Assembly: GCA_009914755.4 (NCBI GenBank)
Contig: CP068257.2
Location: forward strand, 32,544,001-32,608,000
Source of the DNA: the human T2T-CHM13v2.0 reference genome, Homo sapiens
Length of the DNA stretch: 64,000 nucleotides
Direction of reading: 5' to 3'
The position numbers and the translations under genes were made by a program. Shown piece by piece: positions 14,671 to 25,086 of the stretch. A model generated the notes under the pieces. That model made no database searches. It worked only from the letters and a program-made list of their open reading frames with translations, and was not told the origin of the DNA. Numbering within the stretch: the stretch's first letter is position 1; each line of letters opens with the position of its first letter.

Positions 14671-17600
14671 CTACTTTGCAGTTTCTTATAAAGCTACACA
14701 CACAATTGACATATGACTCAGCAATCCCAAGTGAACTGAAAACTTGTATTCATGCAAAGACCTATGCATGAATGTTTATAGCAGCTGTATTCATTATCAC
14801 TAATAAGAGAAAACAACCCAATGTCTTTCAGTGGGTCAATGGGTAAATAAACTGTGGTGCGTTTCTACAATGGAATACTACTCAATTTAGCAATAAAAAG
14901 GAATGAACTATTGACACACCCAACAACTTGGATGAATCTCAAAGACATTATGCTGAGTAAAAGGAGCCAATCTCAAAAGTTCTACATACTGAATGATATA
15001 CTTTACTCTCAAAAAGGTGAAACACGTGACAGAGAAGAAATCAATGATTTCTAGGAGTGAGAGTTTAGTGAAGACAATGCTGTAATTTCTTCCCATCTAA
15101 ATTCCTTAGACCTCTGCGTTCTAATTATGAACCACTTGGAGGGAGGGTCTATGTGTCCCAAGTAAAAAGCCTGCTCTATGCTATATGCCTTGTAGGAATT
15201 GTATCTTTTTTGTTCATTCTTCTATGTCCCATGCCTAGCAGAGTAAACTGGCATAGATTGGGCACTCAGTTATTCGGTGAACAAAATAAATGAATGAACA
15301 AACTATGAAATGGTTTCAACATCCAACAATGCATTGAGAGCCTCTAAAAACTTTAAGAAAAATGGACACATTTTGTTTAACCGAACACGTGATCATTGTT
15401 GATAATTGTGGGCTGCACTCTCTCTAATGACTCTCCTAACTGTACGCTTCTGTTTGGGCTACTGACCAGGTTTTGTCTTGTGTGAGTCTACCTGCACCAT
15501 TTCTGAGCATTTCTCCTGCTTCTGTCCTGTAGAAGCAAAACAATTAGATACACGAATCCCTTCTCCAGAATTATGCAGCTACTGTCAACCAAAAATGGTG
15601 GATAACTGCCAATGACGTACATGTTGGAATTAGTGTTTGAGATTTATCAGACACTAACATATGACAGGACTTGGGCGGTGCTGAGATAATAATGAGGCCT
15701 TGCAAATGGGCATCACTCAGCATTGCAGGGAGTCCAGGGTGAGGGGCAGGACTGGACTAGCTCAACAGAGTACTTGGCATGAGGGGGCAACATGGGAAAT
15801 GTATAGGGACTCGAAAACTATAGTTGGTATTAGAGCCAGAGGCCCTTTGTCTCATCCCTCACCAGGAGTAGGGGCCCTTAGAGTACTGTCACCAGAAGGT
15901 TCTGGGAAAGTTGTAGAGACCGAATGAGTTGCTACACTACTGACCCTGCCATGTGCCAGCAATCTCCTTGATGGTCTCTGGGCAGTCTGTTTCACAGACC
16001 TGAAAAAAAGATTGAGAAAGCCTATGATATCTTATTTCATCAAGTCCGGTCTACAATGGCTTGATAGTAAGACCAGCCATTATTTTATATACCAATAGGA
16101 GAGGAAAAACACTGCCAACACACTGTGACAGATGCCTTTAATGACAGTCCTGAATGACATATGAATCAATGACATCAGATTCCTTTTAAGTTAATCTTCA
16201 TCTCTTCTAGAGATTTGGCAATGAAACAAGTAACTCGGCAATAGAAAGTAACACAGCTTGTCCGACTGGTGGGTATCTTCCTTTGCGAGGTTTCTGGTGC
16301 ACTTGATTGTTTCTTTGCAAGAAAATATGGACTCCTGATCATTCTTTCTGTGATAAATGTCGTTCACTAATACCACCTTTGCATCCTACTGCTTGGTTTC
16401 TGTACCTTTCTGACTACAAAATAGCTTGTTATTTCAGTGCTGAATCGTAGTGAAATTTCTTTGGGGAGATTCCTACACAGTAGTTAAACTCTGAGGTTAA
16501 GCTAACAAATGCACAGATCTCAATCAAAGTGATAACAATGTGAACAGCTACAGCTGGGTGGATGCACATGGCCGATGGCTTTTGAAAGATACTCCTGATT
16601 AAGATGTATCTGGATCTCAGCAATGTTAGCCTGTGAAAAACTGTGCCTCTTAAAATCTGTGGAATACAGTAATTCTGTCCAATTCAGTAATTTGGGAGGG
16701 AGAGTTCTTCTGCACTTATGACATGTTTCGTGAACATCCTTTGTCTGCTGGGGAATGTTCTAGGGCTTCAGTGGGAAACAGGCTGACTCCCCTGCCCACA
16801 TGGAGCTCACACTGAGTAAGGAGAACAGACAATAAGGGAATAAACAGAACAATGTTCATGTTATTTTAAGTGCAAGGAAGGAAATAAACAGGAGGCTGAG
16901 ATGGAGCCTCACAGTGGGACGGGTACAGGATGTACATGAGCATTTGTGATGAGCCTTCTGATTTCCAACTAAGTCAACACTTGGATTTTTGTCTCTAAGA
17001 GTCACTGGCAGCCTGCAGGGCGATCACCTGTCCCTAGGTTTGCCCAGAACTGAGGGGTTTCACGGGATATGAGCCTTGAACTCCTATAATGGGCAGACCC
17101 AAGCATACTAGTACAGTTCGTCCCCCTATGGAGATTCTAACTCAAGTTTCCTTGTAGTTTAATATTTTTATTACTATTTCCATGTCTAATGAAGTTTGAT
17201 ACTTAACCATCCACTGTGGCTTTTATTATCTTTCACTCCCATCTCTCTTATTTTCATAAAAAGAGATTAATTCTATAGTACAACTAAAGTCTTATAATTC
17301 TTAAATGCAGTCACTCAACACCACCAGTTAAACACCTACTTAAAGTCCTTCGGGGCCTCAATGATAGGTCAGGGTATCTCTCAGGGGTAAGAAATGTCTA
17401 TCGACAGCTAGAAGATCAGGTAGTGGCACAACCAAGCGTCCACCAAAGCCTCCAGCTGGGAGAAGGTGGGTGGTTGCTAAGCAGGGATGAGGGCAGGGCG
17501 AGCTGCTTTGTTTTTCTAATTTTATTTTGTTTTGGATGAACAATTCCAACCAAAGGCTTTGAAGAAGAGCAATTTTCTTTGCCTTTGAAATGAGTTAAAG

Positions 17601-18029
17601 GCAAAACAACTCCATCCTTTCATGTTAGGAATCATTTTGGTAAAGTAGTGCGGCTTTCTGTTTTTTTTTTTAACTAAAAGACAAGCTGAACTCTGGATTG
17701 CAAATGCTTTCATGGCTATTAGAAGTATAGTTTGTTTGTTTTTTCTCTTTAAAACAATGAAATGCAAATTCTTGGCTTTCTCTTCAAGCAAGGAGCGGCG
17801 AGGGGAAGCCACTCTGGAGGCTGGATGCAGATGTGTTGTTGTCAGTGACACTACAATACTTACTAGTTTTTGCAAAGTCCCAGTGAACTTCATGTTCGTT
17901 CCCTGCCTTTTTAGTCTCAAGGTTGATGTGTAACAATGCCTGTGCCCACTGTAATATTCCAAAACTACCATGTCCTTTCCATTCTTTCCCCCGACCCCAT
18001 TGTGTTTCATTTTCTTTTTCTTTTTTTAA

Positions 18030-18190
18030 AATTTAATTTAACTGAATTTTAAGTACAGGGCTTGCAGATTTGTTACATAGGTAAATGTGTGTCATGGTGG
18101 TTTATTGCACCTATCAACCCATCACCTAAGTATTAAGCCCCACATGCATTAGCTATTTATCCTAATGCTCTCCCTCCCCCCACCCCGCTG
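18030..18190 (-). mobile_element. Short L1 3'-terminal fragment (L1PA/L1PB-like), reverse orientation, possibly with TSD
   Basis: 'ttttaagtacagggcttgcagatttgttacataggtaaatgtgtgtcatggtggtttattgcacctatcaacccatcacctaagtattaagccc...cctaatgctctccctccc' is the reverse complement of the L1 3' UTR end. It is flanked by similar 25-mers: 'cccccgaccccattgtgtttcattttc' at 17988 and 'ccccaccccgctgtgtttcattttc' at 18177. Confidence 0.7.
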
Positions 18191-18910
18191 TGTTTCATTT
18201 TCCTCTCATATCTCGTGACCACATAATTCCTTCTTTAATGACAAATTGTATTGAATGAGGTGGCCAGTCTTAGAAGTGCTGTAATCTGAAAGAAAAAAAT
18301 GAAACTTTCCACTTCATCACTCTGGTATATTATTATTTTTAAAAAGATGCAAGTTGTCATATGAAAATGGAGGCATTAATTCCTTAACCTATTCCAAAAC
18401 TTTAGCTCATATTTGCCAAGAAAACAGAATGCGAATGGGAAGCCGTGTTTCTGCTTGAGGCAGTAGGAAGCAGGAGACCAAAAAGTCGTCTTAATGTTAA
18501 GCAAAACTTTGAATCAGCATTTAAATTAGATATGCTTTAACGGCTAATGTTATTTGAAAGCTGAATAGCCAATGTCAAAAATAGATTTCCCTTTCTTTCC
18601 AAAGTGCAGACGGGGTCCAGAAAGGGGCAAAAATAACCACATGCCTTTCTTGGACTCCTGACTCTTACCACCCAAAGGGTTTTCTTGTGTAGCAACCAAC
18701 AATTCCTTGGATGGAAACACTGGATAGGCTAGTCATTATTTTGAGATTGAAGGGACTGCAGATTCTTGGCAGACCTCTGTTGTTTTTCTAGAGTTGTAGG
18801 CAAGTAGTTGGACAAAAAGCAAGAAGCTGATCGATGTTGCTGGCTTTGGATTCTTTGTGAACAAATGAGACAAGGTGAGTAGCTGCCCTGCTCAACTCCC
18901 TCTTCGTTTT

Positions 18911-18940
18911 GGTGTGGGGCGGGGGTGGGGGTGGGGAGGG
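18911..18940 (+). other. G-rich tract with five G-runs (potential G-quadruplex)
   Basis: 'ggtgtggggcgggggtgggggtggggaggg'. It lies immediately downstream of a consensus 5' splice-donor-like site 'caag|gtgagtagc' at 18871–18883. Confidence 0.6.
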
Positions 18941-21900
18941 AAAGGTTCTGATGACTGCAATCCTGGTGTCGGATCTTGGTCTGTTGGAAAACAACGGGCT
19001 CGCCGGCCCCTGTAGGAAGACCTAGGCAATGTCTGCATGCTGCCTGTGCAGCCCATGGAGGGGTTAGAAATAGTAGGATTGCTTGTAGAGAGAGAACAAT
19101 CACTCAATTGTCAGATTTTTTTTTTTCACTTTTCATCCACACGCTGGGTGGCTTTGTAGCACAGTCGGAGATACTGTGTTGAGGAGCCTTTGCTCATGGC
19201 AATGTTTCCTCTGTTCACTTTCTGCTGCTTCTGCATTGGAAAATTCCGTCCTTTAACACTGGGATTATATGTCACCGTTGCTGAAATCATAGACAGAGTC
19301 CACTTAATTTGGTGCGAGCATGAGAAATAGCCAGAGAATGGGAGAAGCATAGCATTCCCTTGTATAAAGAGAGGATTGAATAAGGTCAGTGAACCAGAGA
19401 CAGCAGGTCACAAACCCTCAGAGGGTCATGAAAATGTTCCCTGGTTTCCTGCCTTTGGGAGCAAAACGGATGCCTGTTTAAATTTTTTAAAAAATTATTG
19501 AAGATTAGCCATGATACTTGTTTGAGCTGGGTGAGATATTTGAGGGCTCATTATACTAGTTTCTGTACTTTTGCACATTTTTGAAAATTTCAAATGATAA
19601 AACATTTTTTACGAAATATTTAAATACCTCCCTGCTTCATCTCAGAACGATTCCAGAGCCCCTGAGTGGGTCCCATGTACGCATGCGTGGCAGTAGGGGC
19701 TGCTCAACTGAGCATGCTCGTGATTTGGCCTCAGTCAATTTCACTGTGTGCTGAGCCCCCAACGATGCTAACCCCTGTGCGGTTTCAAATGGCCTTTATT
19801 CTTAGCCATATGTTCTTTGGCCCATATCCTAAATGGATCATTTGTTAAAGGCTAGAAACATTAGCAACACAGATGTTGAAATTCATGTTAATAATTCAGT
19901 AAATTGCCTCATGATAATCTTCACTTTATCTGAAGATGGCCTTTGTCTCGTCAAAGTCTGCCCCTGGACCTCAGAAACCCAGTGTTACAGAAAGAAAAGA
20001 CAGGGACAGTTATGTCTAATTTTGGTTTTCATTTATAGAGAACAAATGGTTGTAAAGAAGTGATTACAAATAGCAGCTAGCTGATATTTTAAGCACAAAA
20101 TATAAGAATTTCAGACATGAGGTCATGAAAGCAATTTTTGATGCCCCAATTCCTGGTTAATTTCAATTTTTATTTTAATCTGAGCACCCAACAGCTGACA
20201 CAAAATAACTCTTTTATTGACTTCCTCCTTGTATCTGGTGGCCCTGAAATGGTTATCATAAAATTTATTGTGTAGTCACTGTTTCCTAGCTCTTGTGGAC
20301 ACAGAAATGGTAGAAGTTTCTAGAAATGAGGCATGTAGGTACATTGTAAGGTTTATGGGTTTTAGCCACACACTCTTGAAACTTGGTGTTAATCTTCACA
20401 TTTGTTTAAAATTTTAAATATATTGATATTAAAGATTGTAGCTAACATGAAATTTATGTTGACAAAATAGAAAATATTTTGACTATCAGTTTCTACTTTT
20501 GCATACACACTATAGTAGATATCTTCTGTGTGTATCTCTCACCTTCTGACCCATCTTCCACACCAGCCATTGCTGGAGCAGCCAGCTTTGCGCAGGTGTA
20601 ACCAGAAGGTGCCTTGTTTCAGCTGCACTGCGTCTCTCCATTTCTGCCCTGGGCCTCTCTGACACAGTGTCCTGGTATTGAGGCTTGTGCAACCTGGAAG
20701 TGTAAGGGAGTCAACATTCTATGAGGAAATTCTTGGCCAAAAGGGGGTGGGAGTCTATAAATTAGTACTCCCTTTTTTCTTCCCCTAGGCTGCAAATTCA
20801 GAGGATCCTCCCAGAAGATAAGATGGAGCAGGTCACCACCTTCTTCCCTGCTTCACACCCTCAGGCCCCGACTCTTGTCTGCTGAGATCACTCTCCAAAC
20901 CAATCTTCCCTTACAAAGCCCTTGTTGCAGGCTATGCTTTCTGAGGGGAACCCAGGCCAAGACACTAAAATGACACACCAACATGAAGACATGAACACAA
21001 TTGCAAAGGGATTGGTTGGATTGCATATCTCTGTGAATGGGACTCAAGAGAAGTTTGGGAAATGCTGGACCAGATGACCCTTGCAATCATGGTGCACAGA
21101 ATTAAAACCGTCAAGTTCCCCATCCATCTCTGAGATGGATGAGAATCTGAGTCTTCCACAAGATGCCCAAGACTTGTTAAACCCGTGGAATGTCTTTGGG
21201 TATGTGTGACATCAACAAGAAGCAGCAGACAAAACAAAATATTTTCACAAACATTCAGAAATCCCTAAATCTTGTGAGTTGTCGTATCATTTGTAGATAT
21301 AATTATAAAATGGCACATGATGCTGACCTATTCCAAGGCAATTGTTCATCTCATGGTAGGGTGTAATCTCTGCCTGCAGATTAAGGCAGAAGAGACCAAG
21401 GAGGGCTGTTTACTCCTTCATGATCCATCCCAGGGGAGGGTGGGTTTTGGACCAGTTAGGTTATGTGGCTGGCTGCTGAGGATTCTGAACATCTAGTTAC
21501 CTCCCTGTACCTCTGTCCCATATACTCTAGGCCAGTGGCTCTTCCCTGGATTGGGCCATCTTTTTCTGAAGGCAAATTTTCCACTAGGAGGAAGGTTAGA
21601 AATGCCAGTTCTTGAGTTGCACCCCAGATCTTTGGCAGTCTGTTGCGATAGATCTTCCAGGCGACTCTGATGCTGGCTGAAGTTTGAGAACCATTGCCCT
21701 TGGCCTGTTCCTGCTCATCCTGGCTTGCAGGCTTTGGAGGCCTTCGCTGTTGATTGATTTACACTCCTCTCCACAGAATGGGCTCAGGAAACAAAAGATT
21801 ACTTGATTAGCTGGGAGGTGAGAGAAAAGGGGCTGGAACTGTGTAGGCAGCCACGCAGCTTACAAATAGATTATGTTCTGGACTTTGGAAGTCAGCTGTT

Positions 21901-22899
21901 TGGAATAGAAGCTGTTTTCCTAGGAATGGTAGATAGCTTTTTATGCCAGCACATAAAGGCATATTTAATTCCAAACTTGGCTGAAATACTGCTGCGTCAC
22001 AATGAAAATGAGCAGATCCCAGTGCTCCTGGAGTATTAGTACCTAATCAAAGCAGAACAGAACAAGAAATGAAACACGGAGATGGTATTTTATGTATGTT
22101 AATATTGCTGATCAAAGAAAAAGGTTGATTTGGAGACGAATTAAGAGGTAAATTGGGATATGTCAAGATTCATAAGGAGTTTCTGGCCTTTCTCTAGAAT
22201 ATGATGATACTCATTCATTTAGGCAGACTTTCCTTAACTGTGGTTCTGGATTGTTACCTTTCTTTTTTCTGAAGGCAAATTTCCCACTAGGAGGGAGGTA
22301 AAGAATTCTGAGACCAACTGGCATGGGTTGAAAAGGAGAACAGAAAGAGTAATGGAATCAGAGAGAATGCAGGTGTATTTATTAATTAATACGAGCCTCA
22401 ACGGAGACAAAACTAACATGAGTTGTGAGCAATGAGAGGTGGATGGGCATAGACCGAGGTCAGGATTCTCCTCTGTACTTGGCAAGACAGGAAAGACAGC
22501 AGACCTATGTGGAGCACGTGAGCTGGGAGCTGCTGTTCTGGAAACCTTCCCTCCCACTGTATTTGCCTGCCCTTGTCCCTTACACAGTTCCATTTCATGT
22601 CACCCGACTTCTTTCCTTTCCCTGGTTACTGATAGGGCAAAAGAAGATGAGCTGGACCAACTCCCTTTTTCTTCCTAGAGATTTGAACTAAGAAACAACC
22701 AGATACATTTCAGTCCGTGATGGGAAGAGGTTTGCGGCTGGCTGTGAGCACTTCACACATTCACAAATCACGCACTTCTAGTTGGCTTTCTTGTGATGGC
22801 GAAAATACTTTCTTTTTGGTTTCATGATGCATTTATTAACCATTCTATTTTTGTATCATACAAATGATCAGAGCTGACAGTTGAATGGCTGGGTTGGGA

Positions 22900-23880
22900 G
22901 AAGTGTGGTAGCCCTAATGGAATTAATTAATTGAATAATATTGCCTGACAAATGGCTCCATTATACCAAAGAGGGCTTGAGACTTAATTACTGATGTCAT
23001 TTATCTCTCTATTTGCACCCCAATAATAAGTGACTCATTTCTCATTAATATTGGGTCATCTTCCAAAAGGAAGAAAAGAGGCCAAAATATCAGGCGGGTG
23101 GGTGGGGGGTGAAGCAATGTCTTTGTTCCCTATCTCATTATTTTGATAAATCATAACAGACTCCCGTTAATTAGGTGGGCAGGCTTAACTGGCTGACTCC
23201 TGTCCAACAATTACCTCAGAAAGGAGCACCACTGGGAACACGTCCTTCCCTTGGGACGACATGAAAGGAAGTCTCTAACAAAAAAGGGGATCGTTCCCTT
23301 GGCCACGCTGGGGGCATCACAGTTGTCAAGACACATTTCTAGACGTAAGGGCTGGAGCTGTCTCGGGGACATCGCCTGTGCATGACGGTGATGTCTGTGG
23401 GCCTGATGCTGCCTTCCTAATCCAGGGTTGAGCTAATGGTTCTCAGTGCCTTTGAGTCCCCCTGGGAAATGAGAACCTAATTAAGCAGGGGAACAGGTGT
23501 AAAGAGAACCTGATTTGATCTGGCCACATTAATTGCTGAGATTGGGCTTGCATTTAGCTGGAAACAGTGAATTAACTACAGCCGGAATACAGCTAATCCC
23601 TTGGTTTCGCTGCGACTGTGTATAAAACACACTGGACCTGCTGGGGAACACAAACAAAGAGGGATTTGCAGTGAAGGTAAAACCGCATCCTTGCATGGGA
23701 AGGGCTGAGAAACGAGCTTAGCCACAGAGGGTGGCCATGTGGCCCAGACTGGGCGGCTCATTTTCCCTACAAAATTACCAATAGCACTCTCTTTTATTCT
23801 CAAAAAATGTTCCAGTTTGGGCAATAAATTAAATGGTTACTTTATTTCAATGAGAATTTTAAGTTGGTTTAAAATATTTT
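22900..23880. promoter_or_regulatory. Candidate conserved non-coding element or enhancer cluster, TAAT-rich and retaining CpGs
   Basis: Dense homeodomain-type motifs: 'aattaattaattgaataatattg', 'gacttaattactgatgtcatttatc', 'ctcattaatattgggtcat', 'cccgttaattaggtggg', 'cctaattaagcagg', 'cacattaattgctgag', 'gaattaactacagccgg' and 'gcaataaattaaatgg'. There are also more than 15 retained CpGs ('gacgacatg', 'gatcgttcc', 'agacgtaag', 'tttcgctgcgactg' and others) in a region with no Alu. Confidence 0.45.
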
Positions 23881-24772
23881 TTTCTTTACCGGAGGAGTGG
23901 TATTATAGGTTGAGGAGTTACCGGTTGAATTTTGTCCCCCTCAACAAAGATGTTGAAGTCCTGACCCCCAGTATCTGTGAACGTGACCTTATTTGGAATT
24001 GGGGTCTTTGCAGATGATCCAGTTAAGGTGAGGCCATTAAGGGTGAGCCCTCATCCAGGATGACTGGTGGCTTTTAAAAGGGGGGAATTTTGGACACAGT
24101 CACAGGGAGGGCACCATATGAAGGTGAAGGCAGAGTCTGCGGCAATGTTTCTATAAGCCAAGGAACCTGAGGATTGCCAGTGACCCCCAGAAGTTAAGGG
24201 AGGGGCCTGGAACAGATTCTCCCCCAGAGCCCTCAGAACAAACCCTGCCAACACCTTGATCTCAGACTTCTGGCCTCCAGAACTGTTCAGCAATAAACGT
24301 CTGTTGTTTAAGCCACCCTGCCTTTGGCACTTTGTCACGGCGGCCCCAGCAGACTAACTCACGTGGGCACTAGTCTCGAAGCATCTGATAAGGCTCTAAT
24401 GACTCATGGTTTGTACGGTTCACAGAACTGAGCCGTCTTGATGGCGAAGGCTGGTCGCAGGGTTAGGGAGCAGAGCTGATTAGAGGACCAGTACCAATTT
24501 CCCACCTCCTCGGTGCCAAGCTCTGGGAAGAGGGTGACAGAGATGGCCCTGGTTCCTGGCCTCAAGGGGCCAGCAGTCCGGTGGGCAGGCAGCCTGTGCA
24601 GGTGACCTTGTACTTCATTAGCTAAACACGAGTATGTATCTATGTACACACACCTGGAAGGGAGGGAAGCTCAATATAGGTGGGGGGCAGGCCTCCCAAG
24701 CTGGGCTGAAAAGCATCAGCCTTCCCAGGATGGGACATCTCAGCTGAGACCTGAGAAGAAAGGGCTACCTGG

Positions 24773-25086
24773 ATTTTATTTTATTTTGTTTTCTTATTTT
24801 TGAGACAGGATCTCATTCTGTTGCCCAGAGGCTAGAGTGCAATGATGCAGTCACGACTCACTGTAGCCTTGACCTCCGTAGGCTCAAGCGATCCTCCTGT
24901 CTCAGCCTCCCAGGTAGCTGGAACCACAGGCACACACCACTGTGCCCAGCTAATTTTTGTATTTTTTGTAGAGACGGGGTTTCGCCATGTTGCCCAGGCT
25001 GGTCTCAAACTCCTGGGCTCAAGGGATCCACCCACCTCAGCCTCCCAAAAGTGCTGAGATTATAGGTGCAAGGCACAACGCTGGGC
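24773..25086 (-). mobile_element. Alu SINE, reverse orientation, with a 15-bp TSD
   Basis: Alu reverse-complement body '...gagacaggatctcattctgttgcccagaggctagagtgcaatg...'. The direct repeat 'gctacctggatttta' occurs on both flanks, at 24767 and 25087. Confidence 0.9.

Noticed and set aside
16790-16930. 'ggagctcacactgagtaaggagaacagacaataagggaataaacag' segment considered as a possible small RNA or novel motif
   Set aside because: It matches the very common tail motif of an ancient SINE/LINE family ('ggagcttacattctagtggggagacagacaataaacaa…'), so it is just an old repeat remnant.
17522-18010. 162-aa reverse-strand ORF in unique DNA
   Set aside because: It is Lys/Leu/Phe-rich and low-complexity, in an AT-rich segment where long open frames are expected by chance. 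It has no recognisable domain and no promoter or splice context. It may overlap a conserved non-coding element, but it is not coding.
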